Source: Candidatus Daviesbacteria bacterium
Lineage (GTDB): Bacteria > Patescibacteriota > Microgenomatia > Daviesbacterales > UBA10151
NCBI GenBank assembly: GCA_030699125.1
Contig: JAUYKM010000009.1
Span: forward strand, 291,365-355,364
DNA length: 64,000 bases
Reading direction: 5' to 3'
This document shows positions 30,003 through 41,260 of the stretch, piece by piece. Made by a program: the position numbers and the translations under genes. The notes beneath the pieces were generated by a model, which was given only the letters and a program-made list of their open reading frames with translations, was not told the origin of the DNA and ran no database searches. Positions within the stretch are counted from its first letter, which is position 1, and every line of letters begins with the position of its first letter.

Positions 30003-30926
30003 ATGTCAACCATTAATACTGCTTGGGATCATCGTACCTCAAATATTATAAAGACATGGTTAATCATGTTTTTCTTTTCCATTTTTACAGTGGCTGTAGT
30101 CTATTTGATAGCTAGAGGCTTTGGGTATGGAGAAGTGGGAGGATTGGGAATTGTGGGATTTGCCCTGATTATGGCCGGAATTATGAACTTTGTTTCATAT
30201 TTTTGGTCAGATAAGATTGTTTTGGGAGTTTCCGGGGCAAAGCCAATAAAAAAAGAGGGAAACCCGCAAGTTTACAGAACTGTGGAAAATTTATGCATTG
30301 CTGCAGGTTTACCCACACCCAAAATTTATATTATTGATGACACTGCCACTAATGCTTTTGCCACAGGTAGGGATCCAAAGCATGCTGCGATTGCTTTTAC
30401 AAAGGGAATCTTACAGAAATTAAATAAGCAAGAGCTGGAGGGAGTTACGGCACATGAACTTTCCCATGTTGGTAGCAGGGATACTTTGGTAATGGCGGTA
30501 GTTTCTGTCTTGGTTGGGACTATTGCTCTTCTTTCAGACTTTTTTATGAGGTCTATGTGGTATGGCTCGCGAGACAGGGAGGGTAGAGGTAACCAGCTGT
30601 TTGTAATTTTAGCCATAGTAGCAGCAATTCTGGCCCCAATTGTGGCCACATTAATTCAACTGGCAGTTTCCAGAAGAAGGGAATTTTTAGCAGATGCCAG
30701 TGGAGTTTTATTAACAAGATATCCTTCAGGTTTGGCATCAGCCTTACAAAAAATATCTTCGGATAGAGAGCCCCTGGAGGTAGCAAATCGAGGCACTGCA
30801 CATCTTTATATAGCTAATCCTTTCAAGGGTCAGGAAGCTAAACAATGGTTGGCAGGATTATTTAACACCCATCCTCCAATCGAAGCCCGTATTAAAGCTC
30901 TTCAAGAAATGGAAGGAGAAGTCTAA
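30003..30926 (+). CDS. htpX: zinc metalloprotease HtpX homolog (peptidase M48)
   Basis: HELSHV (HExxH) motif with a TM topology typical of HtpX. Confidence 0.75.
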   Translation: MSTINTAWDHRTSNIIKTWLIMFFFSIFTVAVVYLIARGFGYGEVGGLGIVGFALIMAGIMNFVSYFWSDKIVLGVSGAKPIKKEGNPQVYRTVENLCIAAGLPTPKIYIIDDTATNAFATGRDPKHAAIAFTKGILQKLNKQELEGVTAHELSHVGSRDTLVMAVVSVLVGTIALLSDFFMRSMWYGSRDREGRGNQLFVILAIVAAILAPIVATLIQLAVSRRREFLADASGVLLTRYPSGLASALQKISSDREPLEVANRGTAHLYIANPFKGQEAKQWLAGLFNTHPPIEARIKALQEMEGEV

Positions 30927-30966
30927 CTCTTCCACTGGAAAACTTCTTAAAGTATAATCCCTTTAT

Positions 30967-31260
30967 ATGTCTTTATCACGCAATCAGGTAAAACATGTGG
31001 CAAAGTTGGCCAATTTACCATTAACTCCGCAGGAAGAAGAGAAATATTCTGAGCAGCTTTCCAAGATTTTGGATTATATTGATCAGCTAAATTCTGTCGA
31101 TACTTCTGGCGTAGAGCCAACTTTTAATGTTTCTGGTCAAGAAAATATGATGAGCGAGGATAAACTTGGTGATTGTACTATTTCTCAAGAGGATACTTTA
31201 TCTAATACTCCTAAGGAAGAAAGAGGTTTTTTCGTCACCAAAGGAGTATTTGAGGGATGA
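30967..31260 (+). CDS. gatC: Asp-tRNA(Asn)/Glu-tRNA(Gln) amidotransferase subunit C
   Basis: 97-aa GatC-like sequence immediately upstream of gatA, with 4-nt overlap. Confidence 0.8.
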   Translation: MSLSRNQVKHVAKLANLPLTPQEEEKYSEQLSKILDYIDQLNSVDTSGVEPTFNVSGQENMMSEDKLGDCTISQEDTLSNTPKEERGFFVTKGVFEG

Positions 31261-32606
31261 ATATTACTCAACTAACATTAACAGAAACAATAGAGGCTTT
31301 AAAAAGAAAAGAATTTCCGGAGGAAGACTTAAATAAGGCTTATTTAGAAAGAATAAAAGACCTTAATCCAAAATTAAATGCTTATTTGGAAATTGTCGAA
31401 AGTAAAAAGGGAATTCCTGCTGCAATAAAAGATGTGATTTCTACCCGGGGAATTAAAACAACAGCTTCTTCAAAAATTTTAGAAAATTATATTCCTCCTT
31501 ACAACGGGACTGTTATTAACAAATTATTGGAACAGGGAGCCTCCATTATTGGAAAAACTAATCATGATGAGTTTGCCATGGGTTCATCAAACGAGAATTC
31601 AGCTTACGGTGTAGTTAAAAACCCCTGGAATATATCTAAAGTTCCGGGTGGTTCTTCCGGTGGATCTGCAGCAGCTGTGGCAGCAGATCTTTGTGTGTTT
31701 GCCTTAGGTTCTGACACCGGTGGATCTATCAGACAGCCCGCCTCTTTGTGTGGTGTAGTGGGATTTAAGCCAACTTATGGCACAGTTTCCAGATATGGGT
31801 TAATTGCCATGGCTTCTTCACTGGATCAAATTGGTCCAATGACAAAATCTGTGGAAGATGCGGCTTTGGTAATGGAGTGGATCTCTGGGCCGGATGGATA
31901 TGATGCAAACATGTCAAGTGAAAAATTCAAAGTGAAAAATGAAAAATTACAGTCAGGAATTAGGGGACTAAAAATTGGTGTTCCAAGTGAGTATTTCGAG
32001 GAAGGCTTGGATCCAAAAGTTAAGCAGGTTATTCAAGATGCTATTAAAAAGCTGGAGGAGTTGGGGGCAGAAATTGTGGAGGTGAGTTTGCCCCATTCCC
32101 AGTATGCTGTGGCTGTCTATTATATTTTAATGTCTTCTGAAGTCTCTTCTAATCTAGCCAGGTTTGATGGTATCAGATATGGCAAGGGAAGAGATCAATT
32201 TGGGGCAGAGGCAAAAAGAAGAATCATGTTGGGAACTTACTCTTTATCCTCAGGATATTGGGATGACTACTATGCTCAGGCAGCAAAAGTGAGAACTTTA
32301 GTAAAGCAAGATTTTGAAAAAGCATACCAAAAAGTGGATGTGATAATAGGTCCGGTCTCCCCCACCGTAGCTTGGGATTTTGGAGCCAAATTGGATGATC
32401 CCCTGGCTATGTACTTATCTGACATTTATACAATTCCCGCCAATTTAACTGGAATACCGGGAATTTCTTTGCCTTGTGGTTTTGTTGATGATTTACCTGT
32501 GGGGTTACACATCCTGGGTAAGTTTGGGGACGATATGACTGTATTGCAGACAGCATATGCATATGAGCAGGCAACAGATTGGAGAAAGGAAAAACCCAAA
32601 TTATGA
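31257..32606 (+). CDS. gatA: Asp-tRNA(Asn)/Glu-tRNA(Gln) amidotransferase subunit A
   Basis: Amidase signature [13 protein letters not shown] with the Ser-cisSer-Lys triad context. Confidence 0.9.
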   Translation: MNITQLTLTETIEALKRKEFPEEDLNKAYLERIKDLNPKLNAYLEIVESKKGIPAAIKDVISTRGIKTTASSKILENYIPPYNGTVINKLLEQGASIIGKTNHDEFAMGSSNENSAYGVVKNPWNISKVPGGSSGGSAAAVAADLCVFALGSDTGGSIRQPASLCGVVGFKPTYGTVSRYGLIAMASSLDQIGPMTKSVEDAALVMEWISGPDGYDANMSSEKFKVKNEKLQSGIRGLKIGVPSEYFEEGLDPKVKQVIQDAIKKLEELGAEIVEVSLPHSQYAVAVYYILMSSEVSSNLARFDGIRYGKGRDQFGAEAKRRIMLGTYSLSSGYWDDYYAQAAKVRTLVKQDFEKAYQKVDVIIGPVSPTVAWDFGAKLDDPLAMYLSDIYTIPANLTGIPGISLPCGFVDDLPVGLHILGKFGDDMTVLQTAYAYEQATDWRKEKPKL

Positions 32607-33919
32607 CATACGAGCCAGTTATTGGATTAGAGGTGCATGTTGAATTAAGTACCAAATCTAAGATGTTTTGCAGGTGTAGCGCTGATTATTTTGGCAAAGA
32701 GCCAAATACTCACACATGCCCGGTATGCTTGGGGCTTCCTGGGGCCTTGCCCTATATTAACGAGCAGGCAATAGATGATTGTATAAAAATTGGTTTGGCT
32801 CTAAATTGCACAATTTCTGAAAAATCTCTTTTCGAAAGAAAAAATTATTTTTATCCGGATTTGCCTAAAGGATATCAAATTTCCCAATATCGTTGGCCGC
32901 TTTGTGTAGGCGGAAAAATAACTTTGGATAGCGGGGAAATAATAAGAATAAATAGAGCTCACCAGGAAGAAGATACTGGTAAATTAACACACAAGGGTAA
33001 AGATACACTGATCGATTTTAATAGATCAGGAGTTCCGTTGGTGGAAATTGTCACAGAGCCAGATTTTACAGATGTTGAGCAAATCAGAGATTATGCCAAG
33101 AAACTGCAGCAGCTTTTTAGATATTTAGGGGTTTCCAATGCTGACATGGAACGCGGTGACATGCGTTTGGAGGCAAATGTATCAGTTAGACCGGAAGGAC
33201 AGAAGGAGTTGCCTTCATATAGAGTAGAGTTAAAAAATATTAACTCCTTCAGGTTTATGGTGGCTGCTGTGGAGTATGAAATTAAAAGGCAGACTGAAGC
33301 CTTAGAAAAAGGAGAAAAACTTTCTCAGGAAACCAGAGGATGGGATGAGGATAAAAGGCAGACATACCTGCAAAGAAGTAAGGAGGAGGCTCATGATTAC
33401 CGCTATTTTCCCGAACCGGATTTGCCTGAATTAATTTTGGACCAGAAAAAAATCGAACAAATTAAAAAATCCCTTCCAGAACTGCCATGGGATAAGAGTA
33501 ATAGATATAAAGAATTAAATATTCGGGTTGAAGATGCAGTTAGGGTTGCTGAATCAATAGAATTATCTCAATTTTTTGATGACGCTTTGAAACATGGTAA
33601 AAAACATGGGGTTAAACCTCAAGACATAGCAAATTATATTGTCAATAAAAAACCTGATATAGAAAAAGTATTGCCAACTCAAATTATAGAGGATATTAAA
33701 GACAAAAAAGTGGGAGTGATTGATAATAACGAGCAACTGGAAGTTTTAGCAAAGCAGGCAATAGAAGAAAATAAAAAATCCGCTGAGGATTTCAAAGCTG
33801 GAAAAGAAAATGCCATCCAAGCCCTAATCGGTGGGGTGATGAGATTATCATCAGGCAAAGCAGATGCAGGAAAAGTAAAAGAAATTCTTACCAAATTACT
33901 ACTTGAAATAAAGAATTAA
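32603..33919 (+). CDS. gatB: Asp-tRNA(Asn)/Glu-tRNA(Gln) amidotransferase subunit B
   Basis: Conserved GatB N-terminus [15 protein letters not shown]. The start is set at this Met, which overlaps the gatA stop. Confidence 0.9.
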   Translation: MTYEPVIGLEVHVELSTKSKMFCRCSADYFGKEPNTHTCPVCLGLPGALPYINEQAIDDCIKIGLALNCTISEKSLFERKNYFYPDLPKGYQISQYRWPLCVGGKITLDSGEIIRINRAHQEEDTGKLTHKGKDTLIDFNRSGVPLVEIVTEPDFTDVEQIRDYAKKLQQLFRYLGVSNADMERGDMRLEANVSVRPEGQKELPSYRVELKNINSFRFMVAAVEYEIKRQTEALEKGEKLSQETRGWDEDKRQTYLQRSKEEAHDYRYFPEPDLPELILDQKKIEQIKKSLPELPWDKSNRYKELNIRVEDAVRVAESIELSQFFDDALKHGKKHGVKPQDIANYIVNKKPDIEKVLPTQIIEDIKDKKVGVIDNNEQLEVLAKQAIEENKKSAEDFKAGKENAIQALIGGVMRLSSGKADAGKVKEILTKLLLEIKN

Positions 33920-33990
33920 CTGATCGATAATAAATTTGTCGTATATATTCTGGTGACTTTTGATAGCCCAGTGTAATAGGACCTTACCTT

Positions 33991-36900
33991 ATGAGCAAAT
34001 TTGTTCACCTGCACGGACACACAGAATACTCCCTTCTTGATGGACTTTCCAAAATCCCCCAGCTGATTAAAAAAGTCAAAGATTTAGGCATGGATGCCAT
34101 AGGTATAACAGATCATGGAGTAATGTATGGGGCAATAGAGTTTTATAAAGCCTGCCGTGAGGCAGATATAAAGCCAATTATTGGAGTGGAGATGTATGTG
34201 GCCAAAAGATCCTATTTAGATAAAGAAGGAAAGATTGACAGCGAACCCTTTCACTTAACTGTACTGGCTAAAAATTATCAGGGTTATTTAAACTTGATGA
34301 AGCTTACTACCATTGCCCATACCAAAGGTTACTATTACCGGCCCAGGGTGGACAAACAGCTGCTTAAACAATTCTCGGCCGGCCTCTTAGCTTTATCAGG
34401 TTGTCCATCAGGTGAGTTTGTCAGGAGTTTGGAGGATGGAAATTTAAAAAAAGCCCAGGAAATAATCAGAAGCTACCAGGATATATTTGGCGAAGAAAAT
34501 TTTTATTTGGAGCTCCAAAAACATCCTTATGAAGAATCAGCCCAAGCATCGTCAGATGAGATGATCAAACAAGATATGCTCAGAATGGCTAACCTCCAGG
34601 AGTTGACTTGGTCAGCTGTTAAAGATCTGTCTCAGAAACTTGGTGTTTCTCCAGTAGCCACCAATGATTTTCATTATATTGAAAAGGAAGATGCCCAAGT
34701 CCAGGATGCGCTTCTTTGTATTCAAACCGGTAAGTTTTTATCTGATACCGATAGATTAAGGATGATTGATACCCCTGATTATTATGTAAAATCCATCCAG
34801 GAGATGGAGGCAGATTTCACCCAAATGAACAACGCTATAGAAAACACTGCTAAAATTTCTGATCAGATTAATCTGGAAATCCCATTAGGTAAAGCCAGAT
34901 TTCCCCTTTTTGCAACGCCGGATGGAAAAAACTCCATGGATTATTTGAGAGATTTAACATTTGAGAAGGGCGCACAAAAACTGAGAATAACCAAGGAGGT
35001 AGAAGAGAGATTAGAGTATGAACTGGGTATTATAGAGCAAAAAAAATATGCGGACTATTTTTTGGTAGTATCTGATTTTATTGATTGGGCACACAAGAGC
35101 GGTATAATTACCAACACCAGAGGTTCCGCTGCCGGATCCCTGGTTTTATATTGCCTGGGGGTAACTAATCTCAACCCCTTGGATTATCACATTCCGTTTG
35201 AAAGATTCTTAACTATCTATAGACCAACTTTACCTGATATTGATGCTGATATTGCCGATGACAGGCGTGATGAAGTCATCAAGTACGTCATGCAAAGATA
35301 TGGTGAAGACCGGGTGGCCCACATTGTCACCTTTGGTACCATGATGGGAAGGGCAGCAGTAAGAGACATAGGCAGGGTGATGGGTTTAAGCTACTCAGAG
35401 GTAGATAGGATAGCCAAACTGATTCCCCCGCCTCACCAGGGATTTCATAAACCCCTCTCTGAGGCCATTAAAGAAGTGACTGATTTAGGTAATCTGTATA
35501 AAAACGAGCCACAGATTAAAAGACTGCTGGATCTGGCCATTAAAATTGAGGGTACTGTCAGACATGCCTCGGTTCATGCAGCCGGGATTGTGATTTCACC
35601 TGAAGATATAACCCAATTTACCCCGCTTCAAAGAGAGGCCAATGGAGATAAGCTGGTTTCACAATACGATATGTTCTCCATAGAGGATACAGGTTTGGTC
35701 AAAATGGATCTTTTGGGTATCAGGAATCTGTCCATATTGGGAAGGGCAGTGGAATATGTAAAAGAAAATAAAAATATTGATGTGGATTTAAGCGCCATAC
35801 CTTTAAGTGATAAAAAGGCCTTTGCACTGCTGGCCAAAGGAGAAACCATGGGCGTATTCCAGTTAGGTTCATCCGGCATGAGTAGATATTTGGTGGAGCT
35901 TAAACCTTCTTCTGTGGCTGATTTGGCTGCCATGGTGGCTTTATATAGACCCGGTCCTTTGGGAGTGATACCGGAATACGTTGCCAGAAAGAATAATCCA
36001 AAATTGATTAAATATTTAGATCCCAGAATGGAAAGTTATATGGAGCAGTCTTTGGGACTCTTGGTCTATCAGGAGGATGTGCTTTTGACTGCCATCAATT
36101 TGGCCGGCTATTCCTGGGAAGAGGCTGATAAATTTAGAAAAGCCATGGGCAAAAAAAATCCAGTAGAGATGGCCAAGCAAAAAGGCCGCTTTGTGGAAGG
36201 ATGTGTTCAAAATGGCATGAGAAGGGAAAAGGCTGAAAAGCTCTTTGCCTTGATTGCTCCATTTGCCGCATATGGGTTTAATAAGGCCCATGCCGCCTCC
36301 TATGCCATGATTTCCTATCAGACTGCTTATATGAAGGCCAATTTTCCGGTGGAGTTTATGGCAGCTGTGATGACTGCTGAATCAGGGGATTCTGACAAAA
36401 TTGCCTTAGCCATTGAGGAGTGTAAAAAGCTAGGTATTGTGGTTTTACCTCCGGATATTAATAAATCAGGGGTGGGATTTTCTATTGAGAATTTAATAAA
36501 GCTTTCAAAAGACGATTTGGAGAGAAGTTTGAGTACTACCGAACAATTGGTAGAAAAAAGACAAGGTATTCGGTTTGGTCTCTCTGCCATTAAGAATGTG
36601 GGGGAATCGGCTATTGAATCAATACTCAAAGATAGAGGGGGTGGTGAGTTCGAATCTTTGAATGACCTTTGCTTAAGAGTTGACACCAGATTGGTTAACA
36701 GGAAAACTTTGGAAAGTTTGATTAAGGCTGGGGTCTTAGATAGGTTGGGAAGCCGGGCTTCTCAACTATTAATTTTAGATCAGTGTTTGGAAGATTCTCA
36801 TAAAAATGCCAGGGATCGACTTTCCGGACAAGTCTCTCTTTTTGAGGATGATCAAGAGTTTCAAAAAAGCATTGATTTACCACAAGTTGATGAACTGCCC

Positions 36901-37524
36901 TTGGAACAACTTTTGATCTTTGAAAAAGATCTATTGGGTTTTTATCTTCATGAGCCACCCTATCTTAAGAAACTGATGAGATTATCGCCTTTTATTGATC
37001 TGCAATTGTTCCAGGTAAATGAGGAGGTGATTGGTCGGAAAATAATTTTGGGTGGAGTAATCAGTAATGTTAAAAAAGTTATCACCAAAAAAAGCGCCCA
37101 GGAGATGGCTTTTATTAGGATTTCGGATGGTATTAATTCTTTGGAGTGTGTAGTTTTCCCTTCACTTTTTGATGAGGCTAAAGAATTTCTTTTAAAGGAT
37201 GAGGTAGTGCTCATCGATGGGAGAGTAGACAGAAGGGAGGAGGAGTTATCTTTGATTGTAAATACGATTGAGGTTTTCGATCCCAACAAGATAAACAAAA
37301 AGACAGTAGAAATCTATATTCCCAAAGGTACTGGCACAGAAATTTTAAAAACCGTTAACAGAACTCTCAGAGGGTATCCTGGTAATGTGGCTGTATGTTT
37401 AATCTTGCCCAATGGTGAAAGAGAGGCAAGCAGAATGTATCTGCCCTTCTCCATAGATCCTACACCTATTTTGGAAACACAAATTAAAGAGGTTTTAGGC
37501 ACTGGGGCATTTAAGTATCATTGA
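33991..37524 (+). CDS. dnaE: DNA polymerase III alpha subunit
   Basis: PHP domain N-terminus (HLHGHTEYSLLDG), palm, fingers and OB domains. 1177 aa. Confidence 0.9.
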   Translation: MSKFVHLHGHTEYSLLDGLSKIPQLIKKVKDLGMDAIGITDHGVMYGAIEFYKACREADIKPIIGVEMYVAKRSYLDKEGKIDSEPFHLTVLAKNYQGYLNLMKLTTIAHTKGYYYRPRVDKQLLKQFSAGLLALSGCPSGEFVRSLEDGNLKKAQEIIRSYQDIFGEENFYLELQKHPYEESAQASSDEMIKQDMLRMANLQELTWSAVKDLSQKLGVSPVATNDFHYIEKEDAQVQDALLCIQTGKFLSDTDRLRMIDTPDYYVKSIQEMEADFTQMNNAIENTAKISDQINLEIPLGKARFPLFATPDGKNSMDYLRDLTFEKGAQKLRITKEVEERLEYELGIIEQKKYADYFLVVSDFIDWAHKSGIITNTRGSAAGSLVLYCLGVTNLNPLDYHIPFERFLTIYRPTLPDIDADIADDRRDEVIKYVMQRYGEDRVAHIVTFGTMMGRAAVRDIGRVMGLSYSEVDRIAKLIPPPHQGFHKPLSEAIKEVTDLGNLYKNEPQIKRLLDLAIKIEGTVRHASVHAAGIVISPEDITQFTPLQREANGDKLVSQYDMFSIEDTGLVKMDLLGIRNLSILGRAVEYVKENKNIDVDLSAIPLSDKKAFALLAKGETMGVFQLGSSGMSRYLVELKPSSVADLAAMVALYRPGPLGVIPEYVARKNNPKLIKYLDPRMESYMEQSLGLLVYQEDVLLTAINLAGYSWEEADKFRKAMGKKNPVEMAKQKGRFVEGCVQNGMRREKAEKLFALIAPFAAYGFNKAHAASYAMISYQTAYMKANFPVEFMAAVMTAESGDSDKIALAIEECKKLGIVVLPPDINKSGVGFSIENLIKLSKDDLERSLSTTEQLVEKRQGIRFGLSAIKNVGESAIESILKDRGGGEFESLNDLCLRVDTRLVNRKTLESLIKAGVLDRLGSRASQLLILDQCLEDSHKNARDRLSGQVSLFEDDQEFQKSIDLPQVDELPLEQLLIFEKDLLGFYLHEPPYLKKLMRLSPFIDLQLFQVNEEVIGRKIILGGVISNVKKVITKKSAQEMAFIRISDGINSLECVVFPSLFDEAKEFLLKDEVVLIDGRVDRREEELSLIVNTIEVFDPNKINKKTVEIYIPKGTGTEILKTVNRTLRGYPGNVAVCLILPNGEREASRMYLPFSIDPTPILETQIKEVLGTGAFKYH

Positions 37525-37549
37525 TTGATTTAGGGTTTTATGGTAATAT

Positions 37550-37882
37550 TTGAGCATGATTTCAAGCAAATTTTCCGCCAATGGCGGTGAGCAAAATATA
37601 CATATAGGTGACACTTTGAGAGTTCACAATAAAGTACAAGAGGGAGAAAAGTCCCGGGTACAAATTTTTGAGGGAATTTTAATAAGACTTAAGGGTCGGG
37701 ATGTTAATAAGACATTTACTGTTAGAAAGATTGGTGCAGGAGGAATTGGGGTGGAAAGAACTTGGCCGCTAGATTCCAATTCCCTAATTAAGATAGAGGT
37801 GAAGAAAAAGACTGCCGGTGTGAGAAGATCTAAACTTTACTATCTGCGTGAGTTAACAGGTAAAAGCGCTGTTCGTGTTTAA
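37550..37882 (+). CDS. rplS: 50S ribosomal protein L19
   Basis: Conserved L19 core RVQIFEGILIRLKGRDVNKTFTVRKIGAGGIGVERTWPL. Confidence 0.9.
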   Translation: MSMISSKFSANGGEQNIHIGDTLRVHNKVQEGEKSRVQIFEGILIRLKGRDVNKTFTVRKIGAGGIGVERTWPLDSNSLIKIEVKKKTAGVRRSKLYYLRELTGKSAVRV

Positions 37883-38523
37883 TGGTATTTCCCACTCTCG
37901 ATATTGAAAAGGCTCTTTGGAAATCCGGTTATTCCATGGTTTGTGGTATAGATGAAGTTGGTAGAGGTTCATTTGCCGGACCCCTTTGCGTGGGGGCTGT
38001 TATTTTCCCTAAAAATTCTCAGCTTATAGATGGAGTGGCTGATTCGAAACTTTTAAAACCCAGAGTAAGGGAGAAGTTAGAATTAAGAATTAAGAATCAA
38101 GCTGTTGCCTGGTCAGTTGCAGAAGTTGGTGTATCAACTATCAATAAAGTGGGGATTGGTAAAGCAACTCAGATGGCATTCAGGAAAGCCGTAAAATTAT
38201 TAAATAAAAAAGCAGACTTCGTTTTAATTGACGCATTTTACCGCGGAGCGGCAAGCTCTGCTTATATCAAGCATTTTAATAGAAAGAACCAAAGGGCTGT
38301 TAAAAATGGAGATACTATTTGTGCTTCTATCTCTGCTGCTTCCATTATTGCCAAAGTTCATCGGGATAAATTAATGAAAAAATTGCACCGCAAGTATCCT
38401 CAATACGGGTTTGGTAGACACAAGGGCTATGGAACAAAAAAACATCAGGAAGCTATCAGGATACATGGATTATCCAGAATTCACAGAAAGTCATTTGACT
38501 TACAAAGATTTTTGCATGGATAA
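37882..38523 (+). CDS. rnhB: ribonuclease HII
   Basis: VCGIDEVGRGSFAGPLCVGAV active-site region (DEVGRG). Confidence 0.85.
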   Translation: MVFPTLDIEKALWKSGYSMVCGIDEVGRGSFAGPLCVGAVIFPKNSQLIDGVADSKLLKPRVREKLELRIKNQAVAWSVAEVGVSTINKVGIGKATQMAFRKAVKLLNKKADFVLIDAFYRGAASSAYIKHFNRKNQRAVKNGDTICASISAASIIAKVHRDKLMKKLHRKYPQYGFGRHKGYGTKKHQEAIRIHGLSRIHRKSFDLQRFLHG

Positions 38524-38875
38524 CAAACCAGCCGGAAATTATGGAGAAGATTTGGCTTGTGAATATTTGAAACAGCAGGGATATAAGATTTTGGATAGGA
38601 ATTACCGCATTAGGGGTGGAGAAATTGATATTGTGGCCAAGGATGGAGATTATCTGGTTTTTGTGGAGGTAAAGAGTAGATGGTCGCATGAATATGGTCC
38701 GCCATCAGAATCCATGACTCCTTGGAAAATAAAGCATCTTCTAAAAACCGCCCAATTTTATGTTCAAAAAATAAATTGGGGAGAAAAACCTTACAGGTTG
38801 GATTTTGTATCAATTGATTTTGCCGAGGATAAAAACAATCCCAAAATAGAATTAATTAAAAATATTACTTCTTAA
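38516..38875 (+). CDS. YraN family (UPF0102) endonuclease
   Basis: GEDLACEYLKQQGYKILDRNYRIRGGEIDIVAKDGDYLVFVEVKSR. The start is set at the internal Met overlapping the rnhB stop. Confidence 0.7.
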   Translation: MDNKPAGNYGEDLACEYLKQQGYKILDRNYRIRGGEIDIVAKDGDYLVFVEVKSRWSHEYGPPSESMTPWKIKHLLKTAQFYVQKINWGEKPYRLDFVSIDFAEDKNNPKIELIKNITS

Positions 38876-39749
38876 CTTTGTGGTTTCCGGAAACTGCAAA
38901 TGGTATTTCTTGCCAGTCATGGACCTTGCGGATCTTTTTATTGTAACCCCACATACTTTCCAGTAAAGATGCATCTACTCCCCCCTTTTTAAACTCACCC
39001 ATGATAGCCACCAAATCCTTGGGGAAACACTTACCCCCAAAACCTCTTAAAGTAGTGACATCCAGGTGATAATCTCCAATCCGGTGATCATAAGCAGCCA
39101 TTTTTTTAACCTCCTCATACTTGATGCCGATTTTTTGACAATAATCATAAAAGAAATTGGCAAAAGTAACTTTCAAAGATAAAAAGGCATTGGCAAAATA
39201 TTTAACAGCCTCAGCTGTGGTAGGATCTGTTTGAAATATTTTGCTTTTGGGAAACCTTTGTCTAAAGACAACTGCCACAGACCGGGATACCAAATCATTG
39301 GCGGCGCCAATCACCGTTCTTTCTGCTGTTAAGAAATCCTCCAAAAAATTAGCTTCTGTTAAGAATTCGGGATTAAAACAAAAATGGCTTTTAGGATGGG
39401 ATTTTTCATACCTGGCAGTAGTTCCGGGAGTGACAGTTGATTTGATAATCACAATTTTGTCAGTGTTATCAGTCAGTTTACAAATTTGGGGGATCATTTC
39501 ATCGATAATTGATAAGTCTATCCCTGACTCATCTTTTTTCATGGGAGTTGGCAGGCAGATAAAAATATATTCGCCTTCTTTGATAACTGTTTCCAAAGAC
39601 AACCCCTCTTTGTATTTGTCATACCAGCGGATGGTGTCGCGGCCTTCCGAAACCTTAGCAAATCCCCCTGCCACGGCCTGGCCTACAAAGCCGTAGCCAA
39701 TAATGCCTATATTGATGGGAACTATCAGATTTTCAGTTGTTTGAGCCAT
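38865..39749 (-). CDS. UDP-glucose/GDP-mannose dehydrogenase family protein (short form)
   Basis: N-terminal Rossmann motif IGIIGYGFVGQAV and a central dimerisation region. Only 294 aa, so it may lack the C-terminal UDP-binding domain. Confidence 0.5.
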   Translation of the reverse strand: MAQTTENLIVPINIGIIGYGFVGQAVAGGFAKVSEGRDTIRWYDKYKEGLSLETVIKEGEYIFICLPTPMKKDESGIDLSIIDEMIPQICKLTDNTDKIVIIKSTVTPGTTARYEKSHPKSHFCFNPEFLTEANFLEDFLTAERTVIGAANDLVSRSVAVVFRQRFPKSKIFQTDPTTAEAVKYFANAFLSLKVTFANFFYDYCQKIGIKYEEVKKMAAYDHRIGDYHLDVTTLRGFGGKCFPKDLVAIMGEFKKGGVDASLLESMWGYNKKIRKVHDWQEIPFAVSGNHKVKK

Positions 39750-39773
39750 ATTGTTTTAGTATATACTACATGA

Positions 39774-40178
39774 ATGAATATGATAAATAAAGTAGCTTTG
39801 GCTCACTTTAAGGATAAAAAAATGCTCATGGTCAGAACTAAAAGACAAAGAGAGGTTTTTTATACCTTGGGGGGAAAGATTGAAAAGGGGGAGTCGGAAA
39901 TAGATTGTTTAAAAAGGGAAGTGAAGGAGGAAATTAGCTGCGAATTGAATGAAAAATCACTAAATTTTTTAACAGAGTTTGAGGATGTGGCACACGGTAA
40001 AGAAGATACTATGCTGCATTTAAAAATGTATGAAGGTGATTTAATAGGGGATCCCGAACCTTCAGCAGAGATTGTAGAGATTGGCTGGTTTGATACAATC
40101 TCAGATAAAAGGCATTTATCAGAAATAGCCCAAAGAAAAATCTTCCCCTGGTTAAAAAAGCATAGGTTTATAAATTAG
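39774..40178 (+). CDS. NUDIX hydrolase (MutT-like)
   Basis: Nudix box GGKIEKGESEIDCLKREVKEEISCEL. Confidence 0.75.
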   Translation: MNMINKVALAHFKDKKMLMVRTKRQREVFYTLGGKIEKGESEIDCLKREVKEEISCELNEKSLNFLTEFEDVAHGKEDTMLHLKMYEGDLIGDPEPSAEIVEIGWFDTISDKRHLSEIAQRKIFPWLKKHRFIN

Positions 40179-40196
40179 GGTATAATTGAAGCTGAT

Positions 40197-40270
40197 GCCG
40201 CGTTCGTCTAGTGGCCCAGGACGCCGGGCTTTCATCTCGGAAATCACGGGTTCGACTCCCGTACGCGGTA
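40197..40270 (+). tRNA. tRNA-Glu (anticodon TTC)
   Basis: Acceptor GCCGCGT/ACGCGGT, anticodon stem CCGGG/CTCGG with loop CTTTCAT, T-arm ACGGG-TTCGACT-CCCGT. Confidence 0.75.
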
Positions 40271-40277
40271 CTTTGAA

Positions 40278-41045
40278 CTATTCAACCAAGATTGAGGCCA
40301 TCATGGTGTTAGCATGAGCGCTGCAGTGGTAGGGATAGATTCCTGTTTGGTTAAAAACTAGGGAAAATTGGTCTCCATTTTTTAAGGCCTTTGAATTTTG
40401 ATCTGGATAATAGGTGTGCGCTGGATGGGATTCTGTATTAACGTAATGATCCACCTCATCCTGGTTGATCCAGGTTATTTTAGTTCCCTTGCTGATGCGA
40501 ATATTTTTTGGTTCAAAGTTGATATTTTCAAGATTGATAGTGACCTCTTTTTTATCAGTTAAATCCGTGTAAGTGGAAGATTGTGTACGGTCAATTTTAA
40601 ACTGAAAATTACCATCATGACAAGTTTTATCCGGCCAACAGGCATTATAGTTAACAGTATAAACTCCATCAGGTGAGTTTGGATTCATCTTTCTCCTCAT
40701 AGATAATTTATTGTCATCAATGATGGTTTCATCTAGTCCGTATTCTTTCCCGTTCATGGCGATAGAGATTGAAGACGGGGGAGCCAAATCAAAATTAAAA
40801 TTTATTACCACATTTATAGGTACTCCTACCAAGACAGAACCATGCTCGGGAGTATTACTCTCATAATGGGCACTTTTTTTAGGATCATTAAACCGTATGG
40901 TGGTATCTAAAGTCCGGGTTGATTCCTGAGGTAGAGTAGGTTCCGGGGAAGATGAGGGAGTCGATTTATTACCAATAAGAAAAAATCCTCCTAAAATAGC
41001 AGACAAAATTGCTATAATGATTCCTACAACTAGTTTATTCATCAA
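40278..41045 (-). CDS. cupredoxin (plastocyanin/azurin-type blue copper protein), membrane anchored
   Basis: N-terminal TM segment and C-terminal type-1 copper ligand motif YPYHCSAHANTMM (C-x2-H-x4-M). Confidence 0.65.
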   Translation of the reverse strand: MMNKLVVGIIIAILSAILGGFFLIGNKSTPSSSPEPTLPQESTRTLDTTIRFNDPKKSAHYESNTPEHGSVLVGVPINVVINFNFDLAPPSSISIAMNGKEYGLDETIIDDNKLSMRRKMNPNSPDGVYTVNYNACWPDKTCHDGNFQFKIDRTQSSTYTDLTDKKEVTINLENINFEPKNIRISKGTKITWINQDEVDHYVNTESHPAHTYYPDQNSKALKNGDQFSLVFNQTGIYPYHCSAHANTMMASILVE

Positions 41046-41100
41046 ACTTACCCTAACAAATTATTCAAATTGAATCAAATGAAGTATAATATTTGAGTCT

Positions 41101-41172
41101 GGCCCGGTAGCTCAGCGGTAGAGCAGAAGCCTTTTAAGCTTTTGGTCCTGGGTTCGAATCCCAGCCGGGTCA
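41101..41172 (+). tRNA. tRNA-Lys (anticodon TTT)
   Basis: Acceptor GGCCCGG/CCGGGTC, D-arm GCTC-AGCGGTA-GAGC, anticodon loop CTTTTAA, T-arm CTGGG-TTCGAAT-CCCAG. Confidence 0.8.
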
Positions 41173-41216
41173 CAAGTTAACAATTGTTAAAAATAGATGA
41201 AAGAAGTTAACAGTAG
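41170..41216. repeat. 47-bp direct repeat, copy 1 (overlaps last 3 nt of tRNA-Lys)
   Basis: TCACAAGTTAACAATTGTTAAAAATAGATGAAAGAAGTTAACAGTAG matches 44484-44530 at 42 of 47 positions. Contains the palindrome TTAACAATTGTTAA. Confidence 0.7.
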
Positions 41217-41260
41217 ATATGTAATTTGTATTAGCTCCATATTTTTGCAATAATCATAGT